A stretch of DNA of 64,000 nucleotides from Eledone cirrhosa (taxonomy: Eukaryota): NCBI GenBank assembly GCA_964016885.1, contig OZ024745.1, positions 63,612,001 to 63,676,000 of the forward strand, read 5' to 3'. Shown here in pieces: positions 40,556 to 54,473 of this stretch; the stretch's first letter is position 1; each line of letters opens with the position of its first letter. Below the pieces are notes generated by a model. It was given only the letters and a program-made list of their open reading frames with translations, made no database searches and was not told the origin of the DNA. The translations under genes and the position numbers were made by a program.

Positions 40556-42478
40556 ATAAACAGGTTCTAATTTTTGACGTCTCTTATCAACTGTGTACCT
40601 AAAACGTTATAACAGATTATAAAACTTTAATAATTTTTATTTTTTATTCTTTTATGATATGATTAATGTTAGATTAAATGGTCCTGTTTAGGTATATAAA
40701 CATATTTGTTAACATGACCTCTTGAGGAATGTACATATCTTGATTGTTAAGATATATTTAATTTTTGACTGGGATTCTTTTATATTTTTTAAATATATGG
40801 CTTATACGCTTAACAGTTATAATGTACCGTAAATCATTCATGCATTTATGTTTTTGTATATTTATACATTTGGAGTATGTTTTACGATTCAGGAAGTTTG
40901 ATTTAAATATTTTTATTTATATATATTTACGGTATATGCGTCACAAACTTTTTTCCACTTAACTTGATGTAAAACTTCAATTATAACATTACTAACAATG
41001 ATTGTACTAATTATTTATTATATGTATATCGATCACTAATATCTGGAATACTCTATTTATATTTGAACAAATCAGTATATCTAGTATAATAACATGCTTC
41101 TAGTTACATTTATAAGTACTTTAAATACTTTAATGACTTTCTAGTGTTATAATCGTTAAATATTTTCTAAATATTTTCTAAATTTTCTAAGTAATATAAC
41201 GATTATTATTTTATTTAATTTAATTAAATTTGGGTTACCTTCGGGTCAATGAAATCCTTAGGCTTTCTCTTTCTCATGTTTGCAGACACATTATACTACT
41301 ATATAAATTTATAAAAAAATTTAAGATCGCAGACAATTCACTTTTTACTTTGAATCAGATTCTTATCCGTATGATTCACGAAGTTTGACTTGTATATTTA
41401 TAGTATATATCTGTTATATGACCTTATTGTAATAATTGATCTAAAACCTTAATGTTTAACAATATTATCAGTAACTTATTTATTGTATTATATAGGTATC
41501 ATCTTAATCTTTAGACAATATAATCTTTGTTTATATTTAGACAAATGCATATACCTAATTTAATAATAAACTGTTTAAAGTTTAATTATAAGGCCTTTTG
41601 ATGCTTTAAGGCATTCTAATTGTTAATATTAATTTTTAAAATTATAACTGTAATTATTTTATAAATTATACAATGCGAATTATCTTCAATATAATATAAA
41701 TAATTAAATATATTATAATAAATTTAATAAGAATTACCTTTGTGAGGCTGAAAAATAGCATGTCTTCTTTCCATGTTTGCAAATAGTTTAAATATGAATT
41801 CATAAAATATGATTTTATAAATTAAATATTATAGTATACTTTAATATTAATACAGATATTTATAAACTTTTATAGCCTGAAATAATATACACTTTGATTA
41901 ATTCATTACTCTGAACTAACTTAAATGATTTGTAAGTTATCGGTCAACCGGATACGTTTGGATAGTATATATAACTAATTAATTAAGATTATTAATTACA
42001 CCCAGTTATATTTAGGATTTAGATTGATGAATATTTCTAGATAATTCAATAATTCAAAGATTCGAGTTTACTCTATCGTATAGCTATGCCCAAATGTATA
42101 GTTATGTCTAGATATATATAATTCATCCCTCCCTATAATTATAATTATTCCTTTTTGTCTCCCTTTCCTTGATCAATTCTCTTTTGCTCTCTATACCTCT
42201 ACTAGCTATATTTTCCCCTCATCTGTTTTCTCTCTGTCTTTCTTTTTTTTCTTTCCTCTTTCTTCAATAATTATTTGAATCTCTAACAGTTATGTAAATT
42301 ACTGTTATGTATTTTTAAGCTTTCTTACACGCACCCTCTGTATTATATGTATTATATGTAAGTTTTTTCATGTATCAATCTTAAGGTATATAAATATTGA
42401 GTTTTGTCATATCTTACTCACTGCCATGACTGCATCTTAACCATCTACTATGTCAGGGTATGCCATGCATTATCTTAT

Positions 42479-42539
42479 TTTATCTGATGAGGACGTACTG
42501 TTGAAGTTAGTTTAGTACCTCTGAAATATGTATAATAAA
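42479..42539 (+). ncRNA. Type I hammerhead ribozyme in 3' pLTR
   Basis: Same motif as 39746-39806 on the plus strand with intact CTGATGA and GAAA. Confidence 0.85.
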
Positions 42540-42629
42540 ATATAATTGATCACAAGAAGTTCTATTTTTGTTAATATTTTGAATTAATATTAATAACTCC
42601 GGAAAACCATTCTTTGAGTGCGCGTCCTA

Positions 42630-44960
42630 CTAGCTGAGAAGTGGATAGATAACGTAATTCTAATTACTGTAAGCATTACCAAACTTAGAATAGTCTCAGG
42701 CAATAGAATAACAACAATTATCTGTAGCTATGTACCACAAGCAGAAACAAAAGCACTGCTTTAATGAACCACTACTGACAACTGCAGTTAGTGATGGCAG
42801 AGGAAACAAAAAATCGGGAGGAGGAGTATATGAAGGTTAAAGGACCATTCTGTTAAGTGTAGGTTCAGGAAAGCATTATTTGAATCATATGAGAATGAAG
42901 TGGAGATAAACATATGACACAGGGAACAATTGGAAGTTCCTAAATGATAACCCGCTACAAGCTAGTGAAAAACTAGTAGCTGGAGCAAAGTACCCGCCAG
43001 ACAGAGAGAGAATAGCATAGTAAATAGTGTCATTTATTCAAAGAAACTGGCGTTGAAAGACTGGATAAATGGAGGCAGCCGAATCGGTATCTGGTAGCTA
43101 AAAGAGAGGCAAGGCGACAAATATATATATAACATGAAATGAAGCTGAAAGGTTTGCCAATGTCTTGCGACGTGAAGGTCAGTGATGGGAGCTGTTCAGC
43201 ATTGCAAAGCAATAAGTCAGAGTAAATCAGGATATTGTTGGGAGTGTGTTCGAAATAACACCGGTGCGCCAAGCATCACCGATCCTAAAAGCAGAGGCCT
43301 GAAAACGCTATTATGAGAGGTTAATGAATGTGGAGAATGCATGGAAGGAAGAGGGACTACCCCCACCTGACACAAAATAGGAACCAGCTATCAAAATTGT
43401 GAGGTATAAGTTCAAAGAAGCAATCGAGTAGATGAAAAATGGTTGCCATGGTACTATCTGAGATAGTCGCAGAGATACTGAAAGTATTCGGGAAAGTAGG
43501 TGTTGAACTAGTCACCCGCACATTCAGTCAGATAATACATGATGAGGTCATACCCAATGTCTTGTGCAGCAGCATACTCATTAATTGCAGCTGGGGGAAA
43601 ATGTGAGGCTCTAGAAATGAACAACTCCAAGGGATAAACGTAACGGATCAAATTATGAAACTGACAGAAAAACCCCTAGCACAACTAATTAGAGAAAGAG
43701 TAAAATTGGATGAGATGCAATTAGGTTTCATGCCAGAGAGGAGCCCTGTGGATGTCATCGTCTTAGTAAGACAGCTACAAGAACATTTCTTAGCTAAGAA
43801 TACGCCTCTCGATCTATCTTTTGTTGATCTAGATAAAGCATTTGATAGAGTGCCTTGATAGTCATCGGGTGGTCCTTAAGAAAACAAAGTGTAGTGGAGT
43901 GGCTTATAAGAACAGTGCAAGCCACGAACAAAGGAGCAGTAAATAAAGTGAGAATAGAAAGTGATTTTAGTGAGGAATTCAAGGTACAAGTAGGAGTGCA
44001 TCAGTGATAAGTGTTTAGCCCAGTTCTGTTTATTCTAGTCCTCCAGGCTATAACAGATGCATTTAAGACTGGTTGCCTGTGGGAACTTCTGTATGCCGAT
44101 GATCCGGTCTTCATAGTTGAATCTGTGGATGAAACAGACAAACATTCTGGCTGTGGAAACTGAACATAGAATCACAATTAAATTTAGCAAGAACCAAAAT
44201 GTTGATAAAATATGTAGGAAAGAAGATAGGGCCCCGATTCTTTCAGAGAAGTGTACTTGCTCGATATGTACAAAATGAATAGGCATAAATTCTATATGAT
44301 GTACACAACGCAAATTTTGGGTACACAAGAGGTGTAATGGGATAACAGGAAGACTAACAGAAAAGGAAGGCTTAATGTGTAGTAAATGTTCAGCGACAAT
44401 TGATAGTAAGAGTGGCAATAAAATAATAATAAAATAAATTATATAAACCTTTTCTAATACCAGGAAGGATCCATAGAAGAAGTTGATAGTTTCTGCTACA
44501 TAGGTGATACAATTTGCAGTGGAGGGGAGGGGGGTGCTCGGAGAGCATAGTAGCTCACATAAGGAGAAGATGGAAGAAGTTTAGGAAAATGCTAACACTG
44601 CTAACAACACGTTTATTCCTACGAACGAACGGTCGACTATATGAAAACCGTGTGCGAAGTGCCATGCTGCATAGTAGTGAAACATAATAGTGGGACATGC
44701 GAAGACTGGAGAGAAATGAGGCAAGCATGTTTCGATGGATAAGCAATATTAATGTGCGAGAATGACAAATGATGAATGGAGGAATAAGTAATAGTGTACA
44801 GGAAAGGAGCCTGCGTTGATATTGGCATGTAATGCGCATGGATGGTGATCGCTGGGTGAAGAAGTGCCACCTAATCCCAGTGGAGAGGGAGCACATTAGA
44901 TAAAGACCAAGGAATACCTGGATGGGTGTGAGCTGATCTCAGATCGCTAGAGCTCATGGA
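42630..44960 (+). mobile_element. Decayed RTE-clade LINE (APE remnant, RT, PHD-finger insertion)
   Basis: IICSYVPQ, QLGFMPERSPVDVIVLVRQLQE..FVDLDKAFDRVP, ELLYADD (44092), VDSFCYIGD, WHVMRM. Confidence 0.88.
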
Positions 44961-47639
44961 AGCGATGACAAAGGAACACATAGAGTTCACTCGTTCGTTC
45001 ATGTAGAACATGTAGAAGTGTAATGTTCATATAGAATGTATAGTGTTGTATGGGTTTCCTTATTGCATTTTCTGATATCTTAATCGAGTAGTTTGCATCA
45101 TCGTTGAATGTGGAACAGATTGTTGTTCTTCTACGATTCCTTAACTTCATTTCGGCCCTGATCAACAACATTCCACCTCATATCATTTTACTTGTCAGGT
45201 ACAATTTGAGGCAGATTTCGTTGCCATTTATTGCCAGTAGGTCAAACTCATTTCCTAGACTTTCTTCATCAGTATTGAAGCCTTCTATAGGACAACGCAA
45301 TTTGTACTATTAGGGATCACTTAATAAATTATGAAACTGGATGTTCAACTAAGCATCCTGCTTTCGTTTATCACCAAACCAGCCTTAACTGAACGGTCGT
45401 ATCTTTGAAGACTTTCCATTTTGACTTGATCATTGTTTGTTTCTGACATAATGTGACTAGGATTATATTATCGAAAGTGTCCTTCAATTTCAAGGCTGCA
45501 TTGTGTAATGTGATGGAGATATCCCTGCCAATTTTAGCATTGGCCATCTGGTCATCTGAACACGTTTCCCTAATAAGCAAGTGAACATCTAACAATGATT
45601 TTGATCTTAGGACTCATTATTGGTTTGCATTTGACGAAAGAGTGGATCTAGTTTAAAGTAACTGTATGCGATAAGTATGTGACACACAAATGACGTCGAC
45701 ATTAGCAAAATTTAATTTTCTATCACTCCACCCTGATTTGCGATGTATAGAGATTAGTAGTCTTCTGTTTAGTTTTCACTTATATAGAGCAGAATATATT
45801 TTAAAGAAATTTTTTATGAAAACTATTTAAATACAATTGAAATTTACACTTAAATTTGCACCTCACAACTGTCAATCATTGTGTAAATGACAGACGACAG
45901 TAATATTCCCGTAATAGTACCATGTGTAAGAGAAAAATTGAAAATTACCCTCATTTACTAAATTGGTTCCTTATTTACGCGTCTCTTTTCGAGCTGAATA
46001 TAACATCTAGTTTGACAAGCTCTCTTACTCTTCTTTTGAAGTTTATCTCTTCCTTTGCCTCTTTGATTGCGGCTTTCGCCTACCGTTTTTGTTCATCGTA
46101 CCACATTATAGTTTACATACAAAAGAAAAAATAAGAAAGAAAATAATAAAAAATAAATGATCATAAATTACCTTTTCTTTGACGATTTTCATCAGTGTAA
46201 ATTTTACGCAACATTCAACTTTTCTCCTCCTCACCACGTTTGTGACCTTTTCAATTTTATTTTGTTTTGTTTCCTTTATTGAAGAGAGTACAAAACACTA
46301 TTATTAACATTGCTGTCATATTTGAAGCTGATTCTAATGCTGTTGCCAGTTTGTTTTTTTTTCTACGGTTTTCATGACATGGTAGAGACACGGATCACTT
46401 TTGGTATATCCACCACACAATAAATTATTGGTCTTAATGACTGATCTCCACCGGTTTCGACGATGAATCCTCCAATTACTCGATTCATGGAAACGCCTAC
46501 ACATGTATTAGACTGTAAATGACTAACTATTCCACTAACTCACACATGCTAAAGGAGAATCCGTATGGCGCCGTTGGTGACAATACTGAACCTTCCAATA
46601 ACAGGTACAGTTAAATTACCTGGCTTCCAAATAATGCCCGTCTACACAATATAACTCACAAAGCTTGGATAAATTCATGCTTGAAGTAATGTACACACAA
46701 TGAAAATAACACACAGCTGCATTAAATCCACAATCCCATAATTGTGGAGCAAACATCTAAATTATTCGGTTATATCTCGTATTCGTCTAGTAAAACTAAT
46801 TATCCATAATAAAGACAAAAACGATATTGTATAAGAATTGTTTATCACCGGGAAAAGATTATGCTCGAAGACGTTGCCCCCATATCCACCCGAACGTTTT
46901 GTAGACAATTTTTAACTCTGACTACATTATCCAATGCGAGGGGATGCAAATATGGCTGACTGGTTAATTATTTCTTTTTGTAGCCTCCTAGGTGAAATTA
47001 GGTTGAAGGAAATTGCATGGAAACACATTGGCTGGATTCTATCTGTAATTCAAACGTACACTGTGGCTACATATATTGTAATGATGAGTATTGCTGATAG
47101 TTGCGTTATTATAACATAGGTTTGTACAATACTCAAATATTTTATATTTAAATCATGTCAGGCGTTGAATTTATCAAAAGCCCATCCTGGTAAACGACGG
47201 AGGATCTATCAGCTAAAATTGAAATAATTTCAAAAATCCTTTGATACTAGTAGCATATCCATACATATTGACTAGTTTGTTCTCTAATAAAATTATCTTT
47301 CTAGAGTCTTATCGATGTTGTTATAATACCAATTAGTGGGATCAATTATATACCTTGTTTAATACAAGAATAGATACTACAAAAGTATAAACACGCTTAG
47401 AATTTCTTTCAGTTTATTATATCTAATTGCCGTATCACTTTTGTCACGCATTCTGTGACGTTCGCAGTAATTATTCTTGTTTATCTACTTATCTCTTTTG
47501 TTCTTATCCTATTCAATTTACTCCATTTGGAATAAATTTGGCTGCTACATCTAGCAGCTAGAGTGACCACAATGAAATATAACCAATGTGCTATGATAAA
47601 CAAGAAAAGGTAATGATCAACAAACAAAATCAAGGAAGT

Positions 47640-48150
47640 AATACCATGTAAAATCTTTCAGCACCAGAGCACCACAGGCGAGGTCAACACGCAATAAGTT
47701 TAACATAATCTTGCGTTCAACCTACAAACTTCCTTCAAAATAAAACTTTTTCCAGTTACAATACAATCAATCCTAATTTATGCTAGTGAAATGTGGACGC
47801 TTACTATCAATCAACAACAGATCCTTGATGTAATATATACATCATTGTTTCATCGGGTGTAAACCGTATGCTGGAGGCAGCATAAAGCCCTTAGGTTAAT
47901 ATATGATTAGCTCCCATTTCTGATATTGTGCAAACGTTGAGCCTGAGATATACTGCCTCTTGCCATCACGTCTCAAATGAAGCTGCATCTCATTGTGAGG
48001 TTTGGAACCCAACAGCTGTCAATATAATATTCAGTTGTCATAATCGGAGTCTCTATTATTAATATTCAGGATTTAGGCAATGCAATGAACGACAGACCTT
48101 CCTAGAGATTTAATGTTGTGTCTATTTCAGCTGAGATCGCAAGATGATGT
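47640..48150 (+). mobile_element. Old RTE-type LINE 3' fragment
   Basis: KIKLF..IQSILIYASEMWTLT..ILD resembles the RTE C-terminal region. Confidence 0.55.
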
Positions 48151-48180
48151 ATGAATGCGTGTGGCTTTTGTGTATGTATG

Positions 48181-48785
48181 TTCTTCTGGTTTTATAATTT
48201 CACAAAGTTTTACCAATAGAGAGAGAGTCGGTTTCTAACAGACACAAGACTCTCACATTGGAATTTACACAACATCAACTAGGTAGATATGTATGTATGC
48301 ATGCATGTGTAGATATGGATGTTATTGTATGTGTAGATGTATATGTTTTGAGTTGTATGTGTGCATGTGTATATGCTTTGTATATGTACATGTGTATATG
48401 CAGTTATTAAATGCAAAATGTTTGGAATGTTTTACATATTTTTACTGTTCCATATTTTTACGGGATTGTACTTGTAATTTCCTAATTAGTTGTGTTCTTT
48501 CTGTTCCTGTGAAGCCCAGCTTCTCAAGATTTGTATTGAGGCAGTTACTAACATACCCCAGTGGCCCAATAATCACAGGCATAAATCTGAAGGTGTAATC
48601 AGGGTGGAGTATCTGCAGATTTCTCATCAGTTCTGCATAAATATTCTCCTTTTCACTAATCTTTGATATTATATTGGCATCTGCTGGGCAGCTAATTTCC
48701 ACTACTGTGCATGTTTTCTTCTCCCTGTCCCATATCATAATATTTGGTCTGTTATGCCTGCATTTTATTGGGGTTTTTACTGGAA
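48181..48785 (-). mobile_element. 5'-truncated R4/Dong-type non-LTR element (restriction-like endonuclease end + 3' UTR)
   Basis: HNRPNIMIWD..VVEISCP..KISEKENIYAEL..PVIIGPLG (PD-(D/E)xK, D>N); TATG repeats on both flanks. Confidence 0.82.
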
Positions 48786-48900
48786 TGTATGTGTGTATGT
48801 ACGTATGTATGTGTGTATGTATGTATGTATGTATGTATGTATGTATGTATGTATGTATGTATGTATGTATGTATGTATGTATGTATGTATGCATGCATGT
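48786..48900. repeat. (TATG)n microsatellite
   Basis: Directly visible. Confidence 0.97.
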
Positions 48901-49569
48901 TTGAATGTATGTCTGCATATATGGATGTATACATGGATCTATTTATGCATATATGGATGTATTTATTAATTATAAGCTGAAGTTATGCGCTACTACTACT
49001 GATACTATATTACAAAGTACTATTTTTCTTGTTTAAAATTTGAAACCCACACACACACTCACACACAGAGATAGAAAGAAAGAGAGTTTAACTATTCATA
49101 TTAACAACTTCACTCAGATTTGCATATCTGGAAGTTTCACAAACGTAAAAAAAAATAACTCTGCCCTCCCCCACTTTGTGTTGCCATAAAATTCCAGTAA
49201 ACATTGAAAATGAAAACAAATAGTAGTATTGTAGAAAATTAAAACTTTCTATAACTCTTTAGAAAGAGTTTCAATGAGAAAATACAATAAAGTTCACAGA
49301 GAAAATACGCATAAGTTCGTTCTTCAAAATAAACTAACACTTAGGCAAAATCATAGTTCAGGTTTTCTGTTAATGAAACTGTACTGTACAAGATTACTTG
49401 ATTCTATGAAGAATATCATTGTGTTCTTTAATAATTAAAAGAATTCAATAGGGTACGTAGGATGACTATATTAGTATGGGACACCCGTACATCTCGTTAA
49501 TAAGAGTCTAATACTAGGTGAAAATTCATACAGAAGTAAGTTGTTAGTGAGAAAGTGAACATATACATA

Positions 49570-50060
<491 letters not shown>

Positions 50061-50679
50061 CATGATGAATAATAATCACTAAAGCTATTAGTCATTGTAA
50101 TATATTGTTAAAAAAACAAGTTACCTTGGTAAAGACACTTAGTCATAGCTGATGAAATCAGTAAGGCTACTACCTATATATATATATATATATATATACA
50201 TGCATACACATAGACACACACACATACACACACACACACACATAGATATATATATATATATGTGTGTGTGTGTGCGTTTGTATGCATGTATTTATGTACA
50301 GCAACCTGTACATGAAGGAATTTATATCTTACCTGATTTTAATAATCTGACATGCTTACTCGAAAAAATGCGCTACATTTCGGGCTCTTGGACGTGATTT
50401 CCACAATAGTTTGTGGACGAACATAGGTAAAAGAAACATTATGTTAATATAGTTTGTTATTTTTATTGTAACTTCCCTGCTTGATTTATGGTGATATAAA
50501 CATTCCTATATATTTTCACACACACGTGCACACAAACAAACAAGCACACATGCGCACACACATACACACACACACACACACAAGCATGTATATAATTTTA
50601 TAACCTTCTATACGTATGTGGACATGCACACATCAGCATACATGATGTTTTTGTATGCTAATATCAAAGGGACGACTCA

Positions 50680-51274
50680 TAATAATTGTTTTTACTTTTG
50701 GCACAAGGCCAGCAATTACCCAGTGCATTACTGGTTCTATATTCTATCGACCCCGTAAAGATGAAAGGCAAAGCTAACCTCGGCCGGATTTGAACTCAGA
50801 ATGGCAAGGGCCTTAACTCTATGCCTCAAAGCATAGTGTCCGACCCTCTACCGATACTTCCAATCCACTGCATAATAAGTGTTTCTACTTTTTGGCACAA
50901 GGCCAGCAATTACCCAGTGCATTACTGGTACTTTATTTTATCTACCCCGTAAGGATGAAAGGCAAAGTTAACCTTGGCGGGATTTGAACTCAGACCGTAA
51001 AGGGACGTAACTATGCTGGAAAGCATGGCGTCCGACCTTCTACTGATACTGCCAATCCCCCACCCTGCATAATAATTGTTTCTATGTTTGTTACAAGGCC
51101 AGCAATTACCCAATGCATTACCGGTTCTTTATTTTATCGACCCCGTAAGGATGAAAGGCAAAGTTAACCTCGGAGGGATTTGAACTCAGAATGGCAAGGG
51201 CCGTAACTCTATACGTCAAAGCATAGCGTCCGACCCTCTACCGATACTGCCAATCCACCGCCCTGCATAATAAT
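50680..51274 (-). mobile_element. Array of three full-length SINE family A copies
   Basis: Junction duplication CTGCATAATAA at 50868, 51065 and 51263. Confidence 0.93.
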
Positions 51275-52329
51275 GAATACACATTACATATATACACACA
51301 TTTATTGGGGCTTGCCTTCAAATAAGGTGCATGAAAATTACATTCATTTTACGAAAATTATACAAGCGATGTAAGTCCGATGTCGCGACATTTCCCAAGG
51401 AAATCTCCATGGAGCATACATAATCTTTAAAGGAACGGAACTAACTGAATGAGAAAATAACTTATGTTTTGCACTAATTGTAATAAACTATCGTTTGTAC
51501 ACTCTATTGTATTTTGTTAATTTTATTAATAAAATCCTGTAAAATGAGCATCCGGAAATATTCGGATCCAGTCAAGGATAAAACTGAGTCAAATCAATAG
51601 CGATCCACTTCATCACCGCCTCTAAATCCAATATCATATATTGTGCTGGAAATACGGTGGTAGAAGAGTATTGCTTTTGTTTTCTTATGTATTCGCCAGT
51701 TCTTACCGACATATAATTGTATAGGCTATTGAATATTAGGGGTATCTGTTTGGATAACCTAAGCACTCATCCATACCATGTAGCCCAGTGCAACTTGTGT
51801 CATGGTTGGATGGCTGGTGACTAAACCGGCTCCCCAACCAGACCCTGGTCTGGAGCGGAGGTTAAGTGGAAACTCAGCAGCACAAAAACAAGAGTTGTCA
51901 AAGGATGGATGAACACAAAGTCAACGGTTATCCACCGTAACTATAAATTAAATAGCCTCACCAATCTGCATTTGGCCAAGCCTGCTAAGTACGGCTACAC
52001 CCCTGGAGAGGTTCAACTCCATGGCAATAAGATGCGTTCTTCGTAACTGTCCTCTTATACTGCTTTGGTTTGTCACTGGTCACATAGCTGCGCAGATGGA
52101 ATGGGTGCTTATGTGGTAGCACTATCATGTAGCATTGTCATCTGTGAAGATATTTCTTCACAAGTCCTGCAGCGGCGAAGAAGAAGAAAAAACTAGTTCG
52201 GAGCTGTATAATTTTGTCGCCCTTACGCCGTCATGTTTTGAAATCTGCAACCGATGGAATCCTTTTCAACACTGAACGTAATGAACGGATCCCGAGGTAT
52301 GTGAACTAATATGTTTTGAAATAAACGAT

Positions 52330-52760
52330 GGTTGTATCTATTTTTGCAATGGAAAGTCATGTACTAGTGTTTACATTTATATTAGACTTAGGCTGTTGAG
52401 TTCTAGCAAACCGTTGGTTTGGGATATATTTGACTGAGATGCTGATATTCATATCATTGGCTTTAATAATAACAGTTATATCTTCATTTGTCTTGTACTT
52501 ATCTATGCGTTTCTTGAAGACGGATATGTGTATATTGAGGTGTACTTTAATAATGATTTTTAGTGGACTAAATTTGGCACATTCTACAGGGTGTAACATG
52601 TATGTCTGTGAGCACATGTCCGTGTTGTGAATAGGATAGTTCGTCAATGTATTTCGGTTATTGTTTCTTTAAGCAACCCTTTGCAAGTATTACCTTTCCG
52701 CTTGGAAAGCCAGAGAGGGCTAACTGTAAATTCAATCTGTTCCTGTGGATCGTCCTGTGA
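52330..52760 (-). pseudogene. Very decayed PLE N-terminal remnant
   Basis: LSKAE..ILAKG-like and KTNEDITVIIKAND (cf. I.I.KADKG) segments across frames. Confidence 0.35.
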
Positions 52761-53280
52761 ATAACCACGGCTATCTTGTTTAAGTGAAGCAAACTTAACA
52801 GTTTTTGAAAGAGTTCTTATATTTCTTGGAATTAAAAGCATAGAAACGACTGACGTCGGATGCTGGATATCCGTTATATATAACACAATTAACAAATATG
52901 GAGCATGTATGACCCGATCCTCTGCCTTGCTGCATTTATTCAGGACACATTTGAGTTCATTCCGTACGTATCCAGTTTTAGCACTGAGGGGAAAGTCGAT
53001 TTGTAGTGTACAAACAAATCTCTCCGTGAGCCTCTTCTGGAGAAGTTAGGGTTAATGTCAACATTTACCGTCCAATTCACACGGTGGTAACCTTCAAACA
53101 ATACGCTATTTTCTACACTTTACACAATCCTACAAGCAAACTACAACACCCTCTTATAAACATACGCACGTCCTCTCAAACACACACACACATACACGCC
53201 TTCCTATATATATCTATATATATATATATATATATGCGCGTGTGTGTGTATGTGTGTGTGTGTGTTTGAGAGGACGTGTG

Positions 53281-53332
<52 letters not shown>

Positions 53333-53744
53333 TCTAATTTAGTTTAGAGGTGTGTAAGTGTTGCAGTTAGTTGTAGTTCTGCAGTTGATAAACTACTGGT
53401 GTACGACTGATTGTTATGTTAATAGAGAAGTATGAATTTCAAGGAAAAAGAAGTGTCTACGTTTGAGGAGTGTTTGTAGGATGATCATTATTGTGGAACG
53501 ACTCGCGGGATTTGCTTGTGTACTTGGGAGTGGAGCTTTAAATAAGTGACCAAATGTTTTATGAAACAAGGACAAGAAGTAAAAATAGATACAATGGAAC
53601 GGCTAGGAAATGTGATAATACAACTTGTCTGTCTGAAGCAGTTAGTTGCATTCCAGATGTTTTCTCAATTATTTTATATTAATTATTTATGAGTTAGGCT
53701 ACTTCGCTTTATATACATAATTATATATATATATATCGTTTCTG

Positions 53745-54473
53745 AATTTGTTTAGCAAGATTCTTTATCTGAAAACGTGTGTTGAAACCGATATTGTTAT
53801 ACTTTGAGAGAGTCATGTTGCCAATAAGAAACACACGCACCAGTTGCTTTCACTCCAATTTATTATAAATTAAATTTATAAATTTAAGAATTTATAAATT
53901 TCCGGTTGGTTGGTTCCATAACCGGACGGTTGTTTATATATTGTCAAAAATTAGAACATAAGGGCAAATTAGATAACATAGAAATAAAAATAGAATCTAC
54001 ACACAGAAAATACGCAATGTTTAGACAAATCACAGAGGCAATAAACATAAATGAACTCCAACCAAAATTAAATAGTAAACATGAATGGAACAGCAACATC
54101 ACAACTTACAATTAAGGACAAAATGAAAACACACCCACACATAGAACAAACAACCAACCGGTAACATGTAAATAAACAAATAAACAAATAAAAACACACA
54201 CAGACACCCGGATGTAACACATGCGCAAACTAAGCACACAACACACACAAAAACAAGATGGCGTAGGACAGAACAAAGGAGAGGCACAAAACAAAGAAAA
54301 TAATCTCCAGTCACTGAAGAGGTCACAGAATGTGTGACGAAAGAACTTTAACAATATATGAACAACCGTCGGGTTATGGAACCAACCAACCGGAAATTAT
54401 ACATTCTTAAATTTATAAATTTAATTTATAAATTGGAGTGAAAGCAACTAGTGCTTGTGTTTCTTATTGGCAA
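53745..54473 (+). mobile_element. Short 5'-truncated PLE: inverted pLTR (53818-53946), GIY-YIG C-terminus, 3' pLTR with HHR (54310-54352)
   Basis: AMFRQITEAININELQPKLNSKHEWN; GTCA-CTGAAGA-G-GTCAC..GTGAC-GAAA; IR partner at 54349-54473. Confidence 0.85.

Larger units (their letters stand above)
36235..42610. mobile_element. Rearranged Naiad-type PLE with ~1.5-kb inverted arms (36300-38058 vs 41115-42610) and ~260-bp direct pLTRs (36235-36495, 39612-39870)
   Basis: Arms are reverse complements; RT on minus, GIY-YIG on plus; three HHR copies. Confidence 0.92.
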
